A stretch of DNA of 64,000 nucleotides from Desulfatiglandales bacterium (lineage in GTDB: Bacteria > Desulfobacterota > DSM-4660 > Desulfatiglandales > Desulfatiglandaceae): NCBI GenBank assembly GCA_963666345.1, contig OY762721.1, positions 3,040,001 to 3,104,000 of the forward strand, in the 5' to 3' direction. Under the pieces are notes generated by a model. That model was given only the letters and a program-made list of their open reading frames with translations. It was not told where the DNA came from and searched no databases. Of the stretch, positions 31,915 to 42,461 are shown piece by piece (positions within the stretch are counted from its first letter, which is position 1; every line of letters starts with the position of its first letter). The translations under genes were made by a program, and so were the position numbers.

Positions 31915-32805
31915 TTGACAAACTCCGAAACAGAGCACCCGGGATGGCTCGAGATATCGATTGAGGCGGAGCCGACGATACTCGAGCCCCTGAGTGCCTT
32001 TTTATTTGAACTGGGCTCAAGCGGAATCGCCTCGGAAAATCTCGAGGAAAAGCGTCTTTTTGCCTACATCCCTCTTCCGGCTGATCAGGAGGATATAAGG
32101 CGGCGTATTGAGTTTTTTCTGTCTGAATTATCCGTCATCTTTCCGGACATAAGCAGGCCGATCCTTGAAATCGGCAGGATCCAAGATCAGGACTGGAACA
32201 GCAACTGGAAAAGGTTCTTCAAACCAAAGGAGGTTACTCCTGAGCTTTTGATCCTGCCGGCCTGGGAACAGGTGCCTGACAACTATAAAAAGAGGATAAT
32301 ACGGATGGACCCGGGCCCGGCCTTCGGCACGGGCCAGCATTCAACCACAAGCATGTGCCTTCGCGCGATGGAGTTGGTCCGCAGGAAGGAGGGGTGGAAC
32401 ATGCTGGATGTGGGCACGGGAAGCGGGATACTTGCGATCTACGGTGCCATGCTGGGGGCGTCCGCCGTAAAGGCCATCGACATAGACCCTGAAGCGCTCA
32501 GATGGGCTGAAAGAAATATCGGGCTCAATGATGTCGCCGGGTCAATTGCGCTTTCATCGGATTCCTTATATGACATCAGGAAAAAATACTCTGTGGTCGC
32601 GGCCAACCTGATACTGAGTGAAATAGAAAGGATGTTCCATTATCTTCATCGTGTGACGGCGCCGGGCGGGAGTATAATCCTCTCCGGGGTCCTGAGGGAG
32701 CAGGAGGCAACAGTTGAAGGTCTGTGCGGTGATTACAACCTCGTCAAAGCACAGAACCTTTATGATCAGGAATGGGTATGCCTTATCAGGGAAAGACAAC
32801 CTTGA
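31915..32805 (+). CDS. prmA: Ribosomal protein L11 methyltransferase
   Basis: MDPGPAFGTGQHSTT, LDVGTGSGILA. Confidence 0.93.
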   Translation: MTNSETEHPGWLEISIEAEPTILEPLSAFLFELGSSGIASENLEEKRLFAYIPLPADQEDIRRRIEFFLSELSVIFPDISRPILEIGRIQDQDWNSNWKRFFKPKEVTPELLILPAWEQVPDNYKKRIIRMDPGPAFGTGQHSTTSMCLRAMELVRRKEGWNMLDVGTGSGILAIYGAMLGASAVKAIDIDPEALRWAERNIGLNDVAGSIALSSDSLYDIRKKYSVVAANLILSEIERMFHYLHRVTAPGGSIILSGVLREQEATVEGLCGDYNLVKAQNLYDQEWVCLIRERQP

Positions 32806-32966
32806 CGGCTTAGTAAAAAGTCCAATCCCGCGACACGCGGGATTATGCTTCATCTTTCGTCATTGCGGCGTACTATGTGTACGCCTCATTCCTCAAGACT
32901 TGCAAGCCTTGCATTTGGAGCTTTTTCGTTTGCCGTCTGAATTTTGTTTTTTTACGAATTGATCAA
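32802..32966 (+). repeat. About 160-bp MITE-like repeat, copy 1
   Basis: Imperfect terminal IRs TTGACGGCTTAGTAAAAAG...TTTTTTACGAATTGATCAA; near-identical inverted copy at 42104-42258. Confidence 0.85.
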
Positions 32967-32998
32967 CCTCCGGCTTCGTCTGAAAGTGGATAAGTGAA

Positions 32999-33754
32999 AT
33001 GCGGCGATTTATTGTTGAAGAAATACTGGAAAACAGGTCTCATGCAAGGATAAGATCAGCCGAGGCGAGACACATTTCACGTGTTCTCAGGATGGGACCG
33101 GGCGAAAGGATCATCCTGATCGACGGTAAAGGCCTGCGCTTTGAGGCCGTGATAGAATCCGCCTCTTCAAAAGAGGTGGCTGTCCTGCTTGAAACCCCGC
33201 TTCCCGCTCCTCCCCCATCCCCTGTTGAGATTACCCTTTGCCAGTGTCTTATCAAACCGAGACTAATGGACCTGGTGGTTCAAAAGGCATCTGAGCTGGG
33301 TGTTGACTCGATAATACCGTTTACGGCCGAACGTACGGTGGTAAGGCTTGATTCGAGGAACAAGGCTGAAAAAAAGAGGCACTGGATGGAGATAACCCGC
33401 GCTTCGGCCGCTCAAAGCGACAGGGTAAGCCCCGCGCTTATTGATGCCCCTGTGCCGTTTGAAGATATGATGGAACGGTTCGGGAGTGAAGACGGATTCA
33501 AATGCATATTATGGGAACAGGAAAGATCCGTAAACCTCAAGACCCTTCTGAAGTCTTCACCTGATAAGACCCGGTTTACAGGTGTTGTGGGGCCTGAAGG
33601 TGGGTTTACGGAAAACGAGATATGCCTTGCAAGGGAGGCCGGTTTCATCTCTGCTTCACTGGGGCGAAGGGTATTGCGTTCGGAAACCGCAGGCATCGCG
33701 CTTGTGGCCCTTATCCAGTATGAATGGGGGGACCTGGGGTTGTGCGGATTCTGA
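32999..33754 (+). CDS. rsmE: 16S rRNA m3U1498 methyltransferase
   Basis: HISRVLRM, QKASELGV, VGPEGGF, LGRRVLRSETA. Confidence 0.95.
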   Translation: MRRFIVEEILENRSHARIRSAEARHISRVLRMGPGERIILIDGKGLRFEAVIESASSKEVAVLLETPLPAPPPSPVEITLCQCLIKPRLMDLVVQKASELGVDSIIPFTAERTVVRLDSRNKAEKKRHWMEITRASAAQSDRVSPALIDAPVPFEDMMERFGSEDGFKCILWEQERSVNLKTLLKSSPDKTRFTGVVGPEGGFTENEICLAREAGFISASLGRRVLRSETAGIALVALIQYEWGDLGLCGF

Positions 33755-33780
33755 TCCGACAGTCAAAGGGGGAAAGAAGT

Positions 33781-34377
33781 TTGAGAAAGCGTAAATATGA
33801 GATAACGGATCAGGTTGAAATTGAACAGATACTGTCACGCTCAAACATAGGGCGGCTTGCGACCAGGGGAGAGGACGGGTTCCCATACATTGTTCCGGTA
33901 AATTTTGTGAACATGGAGGGCAAAATCTATTTTCACTGCGCAAAGGCCGGGGAAAAGCTCGACAACATAAGTCTCGATTCCAGGGTATGCTTTGAGGTGG
34001 ATATCCCCCTTTCCTACCTGGATGCGGGTTTTGACCGGTCAGCATCCGCCTGCAGGGTGACCCAGTTTTATCAAAGTGTCATAATCAGGGGAAACGCGGC
34101 CATTGTAAGGGATGACAATCATAAGCTTTCGGCCCTTAACGCCCTGATGAAAAAGCATGAAAAAGGCCGGGGCTTTGAACCTGTTGAAAAAGGGCATGCA
34201 GGTTTCAAGGCGTGCGAGGTGGTAATGATAACTCCCGTATCGGTGAGCGCAAAGTGCAACCTGGCGCAGGCTGAAACAGGTAAAAAGAAAGAAGAGATTT
34301 CTCAATACCTTTTTGAGCGCAACCTTGAGGGCGACAGAAACACATCCGCCCTTTTGAATGAAGACGAAGAATATTAA
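33781..34377 (+). CDS. Pyridoxamine 5'-phosphate oxidase / NimA-like flavin-binding protein
   Basis: PYIVPVNF, IYFHCAKAGEK, YQSVIIRG. Confidence 0.85.
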   Translation: MRKRKYEITDQVEIEQILSRSNIGRLATRGEDGFPYIVPVNFVNMEGKIYFHCAKAGEKLDNISLDSRVCFEVDIPLSYLDAGFDRSASACRVTQFYQSVIIRGNAAIVRDDNHKLSALNALMKKHEKGRGFEPVEKGHAGFKACEVVMITPVSVSAKCNLAQAETGKKKEEISQYLFERNLEGDRNTSALLNEDEEY

Positions 34378-34391
34378 AAAGGAGAAAAGAC

Positions 34392-35096
34392 ATGTCCGGT
34401 ACTATTAGATGGCTTGGCCACGCATTTGTCGAATTTGTGACCTCTGATGACAAGGTGATTCTCTTTGACCCCTGGACCAAGGATGACGGAAACCCCTCCT
34501 GCCCCTTGAATATAGATGAAATAAGGAGGGCCGATCTGGTTCTGATAAGCCACGACCACTTCGACCATGTCTCCTCTGCGGCAGCGATTTGTGAAAATAC
34601 GGACGCGCTTCTTGGAGGTCCGGTCCAGACCATGAGGAAAATGGCGGAGGAGGGATTCAATGAAGACCGGATTGTAAACTTCGGACACGGCTACATGGTG
34701 GGAGGAGGAGTATCCCTTGACTGGGTCAAGGTAATAGCGACTCCCGCGTTTCATTCGTCTGACACGGCGTGCGCGATCGGTACTATTGTGAAGGTATCGG
34801 ACGGAACCACGGTCTATCACGCAGGCGACACGAGCGTTTTCGGCGATATGGAGCTGTTCGCAAGACTGTATCCGATAGATGTGGCGATCCTTCCGATAGG
34901 CGGCGTGTTCACCATGGACGCGTACCAGGCGGGCGAGGCGGTCAGGATGATAAAGCCCGGGACGGCGATCCCGATCCACTACGGCTCTTTTCCGATAATA
35001 GCAAAGACGGCAGATGAGTTCATAAACCAGTGCAGGGAAAAGGCCCCGGAAGTGAACGTCGCCGTTCCTGCGGCGGGAGAGGTCCTGGAGATATAA
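34392..35096 (+). CDS. UPF0173 metallo-beta-lactamase-fold hydrolase
   Basis: WLGHA, SHDHFDH, YHAGDT, PIHY. Confidence 0.9.
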   Translation: MSGTIRWLGHAFVEFVTSDDKVILFDPWTKDDGNPSCPLNIDEIRRADLVLISHDHFDHVSSAAAICENTDALLGGPVQTMRKMAEEGFNEDRIVNFGHGYMVGGGVSLDWVKVIATPAFHSSDTACAIGTIVKVSDGTTVYHAGDTSVFGDMELFARLYPIDVAILPIGGVFTMDAYQAGEAVRMIKPGTAIPIHYGSFPIIAKTADEFINQCREKAPEVNVAVPAAGEVLEI

Positions 35097-35151
35097 GCCA
35101 CTGCGGTTTAATCCCGATTGGATTATGCGCGGACCGAACAAGGAGATCCAT

Positions 35152-36381
35152 ATGAACAATGGCTCGATGAAAAAGGTCAAAGAGCTGATCAAAAAGGGCG
35201 TCGACATTCCAGGTGCCGATAACATCCTTTTGGGAGACGAGGTGGATGTGAAAAAGATCTCGGCAAAAGGTGTCACGATCTACCCGGGATGCCGAATATT
35301 CGGCCAGGACACGGTTATATCTGAAAATACCAGGATAGGTTATGAGGCCCCAGCAACGATTGAAAACTGCCGCCTGGGTCCCGGGGTTGAACTAAGGGGA
35401 GGTTTTTTCAAGGGTTCGGTGTTCCTGGAAAGGTCATACATGGGCTCGGGCGCCCATGTGAGGGAGGGATGTCTTGTCGAAGAACAGGCAGGAGGGGCGC
35501 ATTGCGTGGGATTAAAGCAGACCATCCTTTTCCCTTTTGTAACCCTGGGAAGCCTGGTAAATTTCTGCGACTGTCTCATGGCAGGTGGAACAAGCAGAAA
35601 AGACCACAGCGAGGTAGGAAGCTCGTTCATACATTTCAATTTTACCCCTGACGGAGACAAGGCAACCCCTTCCCTGATCGGCGATGTCCCGGGGGGGGTG
35701 ATGCTGAACCGGCCTCCGATCTTTCTCGGAGGGCAGGGGGGGCTGGTAGGACCGGCGAGGATCGGGTTCGGAAACGTCGTGGCTGCGGGCAGCATGCTTC
35801 GAAAGGATTTTCTTGAGGAAAACAGGCTCATAGTCACAAAACCTCACAGGGGAATCGTAACCGAGTTTTCGCCGGGGCAGTACCAGGGACTGGCGAGGAT
35901 TGTTAAAAACAACATCATCTATCTTGCAAATCTTGTTGCGCTTGAAAAATGGTATATGAACATCAGAAAACCGTTTTTCACCGCTCAGGAACTGGGGGGC
36001 CTCATGTTTGAAGGCGCACTGAAAACCCTTGTAACGGCAAAAAAGGAGAGGTCAAATAGGCTCTCGGCCATGGTGAAAATGATCCCCATTCCTGAAAAAA
36101 AGACCGGCAGGGCGGAGACGCTTTTCAGGGACCTTCATCATAATATCAAAGACATTTGCGAGGTTTTTACAGAGTATTCGCCGGACGGGCTGATCCTGGA
36201 ACTTCAGGATGAATTTTGCGGGGCCTTTGAAAGACAAATGGAAAAAGGCCCCTCCAATTACATCGACGCGGTACAAAGTCTTTCCGCAGGGCAGGTGAAA
36301 GCGGGCGTTGAATGGCTCAACCGGATCGTAAGCGATTTATGTATGAAAACCGGCAGGTATGTCCCATCCGTAAGATTCTGA
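35152..36381 (+). CDS. GlmU-related left-handed beta-helix protein (no nucleotidyltransferase domain evident)
   Basis: Hexapeptide repeats; upstream of glmM. Confidence 0.7.
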   Translation: MNNGSMKKVKELIKKGVDIPGADNILLGDEVDVKKISAKGVTIYPGCRIFGQDTVISENTRIGYEAPATIENCRLGPGVELRGGFFKGSVFLERSYMGSGAHVREGCLVEEQAGGAHCVGLKQTILFPFVTLGSLVNFCDCLMAGGTSRKDHSEVGSSFIHFNFTPDGDKATPSLIGDVPGGVMLNRPPIFLGGQGGLVGPARIGFGNVVAAGSMLRKDFLEENRLIVTKPHRGIVTEFSPGQYQGLARIVKNNIIYLANLVALEKWYMNIRKPFFTAQELGGLMFEGALKTLVTAKKERSNRLSAMVKMIPIPEKKTGRAETLFRDLHHNIKDICEVFTEYSPDGLILELQDEFCGAFERQMEKGPSNYIDAVQSLSAGQVKAGVEWLNRIVSDLCMKTGRYVPSVRF

Positions 36382-36452
36382 ATCCGATTGAAGTCGCGGC
36401 TGTGCATGTTCCTTTAAAAAAAGAAATCAGATATTTTTGAGATATCATTTGT

Positions 36453-36760
36453 GGACCATCTCCAAAAGTGTTGATCTAAATGAAGGATTCGAGGGGTCAA
36501 GGGTTCGAGGTATGAGAGGAAAACGACTTTAGGGTGTGTGAGATTTCTCTATATTGCATATGGTTCAGTCTGTGAATTGGAAACCCAGGCCATGATATCA
36601 GGTGACTTGGGTTATAAAAAAACAAAGGCTTCAGGAATTAAGAGGGAAATCGGGGATGTCGAGACAATGCTCAAAGCGATGATCAAATCCCTGGAAAGAA
36701 AACCCTTGAATCCTTGAATCCTGGAACCCTTGGACCCTTTCTCCCAACTAATTGGGAGAA
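36453..36760 (+). mobile_element. Four-helix-bundle element copy B (5' half of ORF deleted, both ends kept)
   Basis: GGACCATCTCCAAAAGTGTTGATC, octamers, 3' half of ORF near-identical to the 49112-49474 gene, CTTGAATC-type x4, TTCTCCCAACTAATTGGGAGAA. Confidence 0.85.
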
Positions 36761-36803
36761 GAACCTGATTTGTAAACTCCGGTCCAGGCAAGGAGATCGT
36801 TTA

Positions 36804-38150
36804 ATGGGTAAACTCTTCGGCACCGATGGAATAAGGGGGAAGGCCAATAAATCACCCATGGACGGGCCCACGGCCTTTAAGGTGGGCGCCGCGCTTACGC
36901 GGATACTGAAAAGGAAAAACCGGAGACCCGTAATAGTTGTATCAAAAGATACAAGGATCTCAGGGGACATGCTGGAAGGGGCGCTTGTATCCGGCATCAC
37001 TTCCATGGGTGGGGATGTCTGCCTGACCGGCATTTTCCCTACACCGGGGGTCGCTTTTGCCGCAAGGGACATGAACGCGGACGCCGGTGTCATGATTTCG
37101 GCATCCCACAATCCCTTCCATGATAACGGCATAAAAATTTTTTCCGGAAAGGGTTTCAAGCTTTCAGACGAGGAAGAAAAAGAGATGGAAGAGGGCATCC
37201 TCAACAGCTCGTTCTCAGACAGCCTTCCGGAGCCTGAGGAAATCGGGACGCTTGTGGCCGTTGAAAATTCAGGGCAAAGATACATAGAGTTTGTAAAGAG
37301 GGGCTTTCCCATGCTTTCCCTCAAAGGAGTGAGGATAGTCCTTGATACGGCAAACGGGGCCACCTTCAGGACGGCGCCTGAGGCGTTCAGGCAATTGGGG
37401 GCGCAGGTCAAGGTCATCAACGATGAACCGGACGGGCTCAATATAAACGAGAGATGCGGTTCACAGCATACCGAAGGGCTCGGAAGGGAAGTGGTGAAGG
37501 ACGGGGCCTTTATGGGGCTTGCCTTTGACGGAGACGGAGATCGTCTCATAGCGGTCGATGAAAAAGGAGACGAGATATCGGGTGATCAGTGCATGTTCAT
37601 ATGCGCCATGAATCTGAAGACGCAGGGGCTTTTGAAAAACGATGTCCTGGTAGGCACGGTAATGAGTAACCTGGGTTTGAGGCTTGCTTGCAGGGAAAAG
37701 GGGATAAAATTTCATGCCTCAAAGGTTGGGGACCGATATGTAATGGAGGACATGAAAAGTCTTGGGGCCGTACTGGGTGGAGAACAGTCGGGGCACATGA
37801 TATTCCTTGATCACCACACCACGGGAGACGGGATTATCTCGGCGCTTCAGCTTGCCTCGGCCGTGATCTCTCAGGGAAGCCCGCTGAGCAGGCTCAAGAA
37901 TATGATCCATATCTATCCCCAGAAACTGATCAATGTCGAGGTAAAGAGCAGACCGGATATCTTGAAAATACCTGAGATCGCCGCGGTAATAAGTGAAGTG
38001 GAAAAGACCCTGGGGGACCACGGCAGGGTGCTTGTCAGGCATTCGGGGACCCAGGATATGTGCCGCGTTATGGTGGAGGGCCCGGATGTGGAGATAACCG
38101 GAATACACTGCTCAAAGATAGCTGAAAAGATCAGATCGGTTTTAGGGTAG
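36804..38150 (+). CDS. glmM: Phosphoglucosamine mutase
   Basis: LFGTDGIRG, ISASHNP, FDGDGDR, GGEQSGH. Confidence 0.96.
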   Translation: MGKLFGTDGIRGKANKSPMDGPTAFKVGAALTRILKRKNRRPVIVVSKDTRISGDMLEGALVSGITSMGGDVCLTGIFPTPGVAFAARDMNADAGVMISASHNPFHDNGIKIFSGKGFKLSDEEEKEMEEGILNSSFSDSLPEPEEIGTLVAVENSGQRYIEFVKRGFPMLSLKGVRIVLDTANGATFRTAPEAFRQLGAQVKVINDEPDGLNINERCGSQHTEGLGREVVKDGAFMGLAFDGDGDRLIAVDEKGDEISGDQCMFICAMNLKTQGLLKNDVLVGTVMSNLGLRLACREKGIKFHASKVGDRYVMEDMKSLGAVLGGEQSGHMIFLDHHTTGDGIISALQLASAVISQGSPLSRLKNMIHIYPQKLINVEVKSRPDILKIPEIAAVISEVEKTLGDHGRVLVRHSGTQDMCRVMVEGPDVEITGIHCSKIAEKIRSVLG

Positions 38151-38226
38151 AGGGGGGCTCACAAGTCCAAACCTTAGAGCGGAAAATATTTGCCGGTCGG
38201 CTCAGACGAAGATGAGGCGGTACCTG

Positions 38227-38700
38227 TTATAGAAGAAAACCGTCCCAGTCTATTTTTTTGAATGTGTTGTGGAGGAAGTGGTCGTCTTCTACCACCTCAA
38301 AGGTGAGATTCTTGAATATCAAGGGGGCCGCTTCCCGTACCTTTTCAAGGGGTATGACGTCATCGTGGCTGCCGTGAAAAATCCAGGCAGGTACTGATAT
38401 CGTCCTGTTTTTCTCAGGTATGTGCTCCATCAGGTTAAGGGCCGGGGCAAGCAGCACCATCCTGGAAATTTTATCCTCATTTTCCATCGCGAACAGGGTC
38501 GCCATGAGTCCGCCGAAACTTGAACCCACAAGCGTTATCTCGGATGCATCCGAAAGAATAGAATTGAGTTTATCCATCCTCTCAGGAAGATTGCCGGTAA
38601 ATGTGGGAACTATGATATCGGCATACCTTTCGTTGAAGTATACCGACTTTGTTCCCTTATTGCTGCTTTCAAGACCGTGAATGAATATCTTTACCGGCAT
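38227..38700 (-). CDS. YqiA-like alpha/beta hydrolase
   Basis: FIHGLESS, GSSFGG, HGSHDDVIP. Confidence 0.85.
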   Translation of the reverse strand: MPVKIFIHGLESSNKGTKSVYFNERYADIIVPTFTGNLPERMDKLNSILSDASEITLVGSSFGGLMATLFAMENEDKISRMVLLAPALNLMEHIPEKNRTISVPAWIFHGSHDDVIPLEKVREAAPLIFKNLTFEVVEDDHFLHNTFKKIDWDGFLL

Positions 38701-38717
38701 TTGACCCCCAAAAGATT

Positions 38718-39185
38718 CTAGCTGATTTCTATGATTTCATAACTCAAGACCCCTGCAGGCGTTTTTGCCGTGAACTCATCACCCTCTTCTTTTCCCAGCA
38801 TTGCCCTGCCCAGGGGGGAAGTCACGGATATCTTACCCTTTTCCGGATCAGACTCATAGGGGCCTACCAGCCTGTAGGAAACCTCTTTATCGGTCTGCAG
38901 GTTCAGGAGAACTATCTTACGGCCGAAGAACGCACCGCCCCCGGTTGATCCGTCAGGCTCGATTACCTCCGCCCTGCCTATTACGGATTGAAGCTCGTTC
39001 ATCCTTCCCTCTATAAAACCCTGTCTTTCCTTTGCCGCATGGTATTCCGCGTTTTCACTGAGATCCCCGTGCGCCCTTGCTTCTTCTATCGCCTTGATGT
39101 TATTGGGCCTTTCAACCTTTACAAGGTCTTTAAGCTCCTGCTTCAGCTTTTCAAGACCCTCCCTTGTAAAAGGAACCTTTTCCAT
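38718..39185 (-). CDS. greA: Transcription elongation factor GreA
   Basis: ARAHGDLSENAEYHAAK, ISVTSPLGRA. Confidence 0.96.
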   Translation of the reverse strand: MEKVPFTREGLEKLKQELKDLVKVERPNNIKAIEEARAHGDLSENAEYHAAKERQGFIEGRMNELQSVIGRAEVIEPDGSTGGGAFFGRKIVLLNLQTDKEVSYRLVGPYESDPEKGKISVTSPLGRAMLGKEEGDEFTAKTPAGVLSYEIIEIS

Positions 39186-39221
39186 CTGAGTGCCACTCCC
39201 TGCTTGATTGTCTAAATGAGT

Positions 39222-39267
39222 AAAAAAAACCACGGGCGAGGCTAATTTCAAAAAAGCGTCCCCGTGG
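39222..39267 (-). terminator. Intrinsic terminator in the greA 5' leader (candidate attenuator)
   Basis: CCACGGG...CCCGTGG stem followed by T8 on the minus strand, ending 36 nt before the ATG. Confidence 0.6.
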
Positions 39268-39453
39268 CGGTGAATCATATTCCAGACTGATTTATTATAT
39301 TTAGCCTTATGATATTATTGTTATCTTGTCAAGTGCCTTTTGGCGCTATTGCATGAAGATTATTGAATTCTGTTTCCCCGGTCCTCAAAATTTTCCTGTC
39401 GTGTGTTTATACTGAAGTCAAATTAAGGTCACTGATTGGTTTCCGCATATAAT

Positions 39454-40248
39454 CTATCTTATCTCGATGAGATGCTGTCGAATCTGCCGATATGTCTCAG
39501 ATGCCGATACAAGCAGATGCCCGTCTATCTTGTCGCCGTTGAGATATTCATTCAGCGAGATCCCGGTTCCATCCATCTTGCGCATTTTGAGACCGGCTGC
39601 CTCGATAATCAATCCCGCGGCTGCCAGGCCCTTATATGATTCATTGGCAATTATCGCGCCTTCCGCCCTGCCGGTGGCCGCGTAGCACAGATGCGCCCCG
39701 GTGCATCCCAGGTCACGGATCTTGCCGGGGAAGGAACAGCGGTAGTGCTGATGAAATCTGGAATAGGTAAAAAGCAGGCTTTCATTATTAATATCGTTAA
39801 AAGCGGACTGATCTATTTCAACGTCTCCCCAGTGGGCCTTTTTGCCGGCCTGTGCATGAAAAAGATCTCCGGTGGCGGGCATGAAAAACAGACCGTAGAC
39901 AGGCCAGAAGTTTTCCAGCACCGCAATGGACATCCCCCAGATCGGGATACCCGCCTGGAAATTGGCCACCCCGTCAAGGGCATCGAAAACCCAGAGGTAG
40001 CGGTTTTCTTCATGCGAATATTCTCTTTCATCCTGATTGTTCATAAACATCTGATGCTCAGGGAATCTTTCATGCAATCCGGATTCAAAGCGGTCGTTAA
40101 GAAGAAGCTCCGCCTCGGTTACCAGATTTTCATCAAACTTTTTGCCCTTGTCGCCCTTGCCGTACAAGGAAAGGGCTGAATCACCCGCGCCTTTTATAAA
40201 GTCTACTGCAAAACGGGACAGCTCAACAATCGTGTGATCCTTTTCCAT
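39454..40248 (-). CDS. Inositol monophosphatase family protein
   Basis: WVFDALDGVANF, AAGLIIEAAG. Confidence 0.85.
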   Translation of the reverse strand: MEKDHTIVELSRFAVDFIKGAGDSALSLYGKGDKGKKFDENLVTEAELLLNDRFESGLHERFPEHQMFMNNQDEREYSHEENRYLWVFDALDGVANFQAGIPIWGMSIAVLENFWPVYGLFFMPATGDLFHAQAGKKAHWGDVEIDQSAFNDINNESLLFTYSRFHQHYRCSFPGKIRDLGCTGAHLCYAATGRAEGAIIANESYKGLAAAGLIIEAAGLKMRKMDGTGISLNEYLNGDKIDGHLLVSASETYRQIRQHLIEIR

Positions 40249-40295
40249 TATGCCTCCTTTTCGGGTTATCTGTTTTCCCTGGTTGTACGCAGTCT

Positions 40296-41438
40296 TTATC
40301 CCAGGATGGATCTTGATATAATTGTCTTTTCCATCTCCTTTGTGCCTTCGTAGATCTCAAGTATCTTGGCGTCGCGGTAGAGGCGCTGAACCTTGTACTC
40401 ATCTATATACCCATAGCCTCCATGAAGTTGCAATGCCTCATTGGCACAGCCGACCGCCATTTCAGCGGAAAACCATTTGGCCATCGCGATGAGTGCGGGG
40501 TCTACTTTGCCGCTGTCAACCTTCCAGGCGGCCTCATAGTAAAGGTTTTTCGCAGCCCTTATCCTGGTGGCCATCTCCGCTATCTTGAACTGAGTGACCT
40601 GGTAGGATGAAAGAGGAGACCCGAACTGACATCTGGACTTGACATGACGAACGGATTCTTCAAGGGCCGCCCTTGCAAGTCCGACCGCCTGAGCGCAGAT
40701 ATGAAGGCGCGTCCTGTTGAAAAAGGACATCAACCGGCTGAATCCCTCTCCCTCCCCGCCTATGAGCCTGTCCGGGCCGATACGCAAATCCTTAAATGCC
40801 AGCTCCGCCGTGTCCGAGGCCCTTATCCCCATCTTGCCTCTTATCTTGGTGGATTCATACCCCGGATTGTCGGAGTTAATGAGAAAAAAGCTGTGCATCT
40901 TGTGCCGGTTTTTGCCGTCCGGATCCGTGAGGCAGAAAACAATGATGTAATCGGCCAGATTGCCGTTGGTTGTAAACATCTTGGATCCGTTCAGTATCCA
41001 GCCGTCCCCATCCCTTTGAGCCGCAGTTACGGCCCCGGTTACGTCGCATCCGGCATCAGGCTCCGTGATTGCCGTTGCGATGACAGCCTCTCCCGATACA
41101 AGTCCCGGCAGTACCATCATCTTCTGCTCTTCACTGCCGAAAAGAAGGAGGAGTTCAGCCCCGAACGTGGTAGAGAGAATCGCCTGACCGATTCCCGGTT
41201 CAACCGCCCAGAATTCCTCGGTGATGAGGCAGTGTTCAAGGAATCCGTATCCGGCACCCCCGTATTCCTCATCTATGAATACACCGACAAAGCCCAGCTT
41301 ACAGGCCTCCTTCCAGAGCTCAAGGTCGAATGTTTCTTCTCTGTCGAACTCAAGTGCCCTGTCCGGGAATTCACCAAGGGCGAATTCCTTGGCAGCCCTT
41401 ACGATATCCTTCTGTTCTTTTGATAGGGTAAAGTCCAT
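40296..41438 (-). CDS. Acyl-CoA dehydrogenase
   Basis: AITEPDAG, QLHGGYGY, IYEGT. Confidence 0.95.
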   Translation of the reverse strand: MDFTLSKEQKDIVRAAKEFALGEFPDRALEFDREETFDLELWKEACKLGFVGVFIDEEYGGAGYGFLEHCLITEEFWAVEPGIGQAILSTTFGAELLLLFGSEEQKMMVLPGLVSGEAVIATAITEPDAGCDVTGAVTAAQRDGDGWILNGSKMFTTNGNLADYIIVFCLTDPDGKNRHKMHSFFLINSDNPGYESTKIRGKMGIRASDTAELAFKDLRIGPDRLIGGEGEGFSRLMSFFNRTRLHICAQAVGLARAALEESVRHVKSRCQFGSPLSSYQVTQFKIAEMATRIRAAKNLYYEAAWKVDSGKVDPALIAMAKWFSAEMAVGCANEALQLHGGYGYIDEYKVQRLYRDAKILEIYEGTKEMEKTIISRSILG

Positions 41439-41449
41439 TTTTCTCCGGA

Positions 41450-41851
41450 TTACGGGTTAATCTCTCCTGCTCCCCTTAGTGTCCCGCTGACAAGGGAAGC
41501 AGCCATGCCGCCACAGCTGAGAATGAAAAAGATGATCAAAGCGGATTTCATGCCTTTCAAGAAAAAATGGTGGTTTTGAGAGGTTATTTCAACTCTCCCA
41601 ACATACAGGGCGAATATGAGTGCAGCAACCCCCATGCTTGTCATCATTCCAACAAGACGCATGGTCCCCCCGCCTGACGCAATGACGTAGGACCCGGTTT
41701 CCACGGAACTCATGATTGCGTTAGTCTTGAATGTATCCCGGATTGCAGGAATGGCGATATTTATGGAAGAACCCATGAAGGGAGTCAGAAAGGATGTAAG
41801 TGTTGCTGTAACAAGTGCTGAATTTTTTTTAGAATTTTTGTCCGTTTTCAT
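41450..41851 (-). pseudogene. MFS (DHA2-like) transporter with large internal deletion
   Basis: TM1 (SFLTPFMGSSINIAIPAI) fused directly to the C-terminal NAIMSSV...TMRLVG segment; only 133 aa. Confidence 0.75.
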
Positions 41852-42103
41852 TTAACCTGTAAAAAAAAGAGAAAGAAAAACATGACAAATTATTATTGCC
41901 GGTCCGGGATAAATTATAGTTTCCGTATCGTCTGCAACTGAGTGGCCGTGCGTCTTCTTCAAAGAGATTGGAGAAGTATCAGATCTTCTCATTTATTGGA
42001 ATGCCTGTCAAAGTGAATATGGACCCTGATACACCATCAAGAGTTGATACGGCAATCCGCTCATTGCTCCCCGGTGCCCGCATGTCAAAATCCTGAGTCA
42101 TGT

Positions 42104-42258
42104 TTGATGACATCGTAACAAGTCAAAATTCAGACGGCAAAGTAAAAAGTTCCAAATGCAAGGCTTGCAAATCTTGAGGAATGAGGCGTACATATAGTAC
42201 GCCGCAATGAAGAAAGATGAAGCATAACGCAGCAGTTGGACTTTTTACGAAGCCGTCA
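42104..42258 (-). repeat. About 160-bp MITE-like repeat, copy 2
   Basis: Reverse complement of 32802-32966; 12-bp direct repeat GTCATGTTTGAT at 42097-42108 and 42255-42266. Confidence 0.85.
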
Positions 42259-42461
42259 TGTTTGATTGCGCCTTGATCATGTGGTGGATTCGGAAAAGGA
42301 TGGATGCCGCCGGGTGAAAAGGAAAATCTACCGGACAATGCCCGCCTCTTTAATGAAAAGGCGGGCATATGTAGGGCAGGTTTAGTGCGCCGGGCTCGCA
42401 TTCCTGACGCACAATCAGAACAAGGAGGTAAGGTTTCTCTCAAGTTCATTGACCTTATCTA

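Noticed and set aside
36700..36760. CRISPR array from short repeats
   Set aside because: 8-bp tandem units without spacers; no cas genes or CRISPR-like array seen in the window
36714..36803. N-terminal extension of glmM
   Set aside because: Derived from the repeat element end; MGKLFGTDG at 36804 has a strong RBS
42123..42449. 108-aa ORF sharing peptide with ORF 32714-32962
   Set aside because: Shared peptide is translation of the MITE-like repeat
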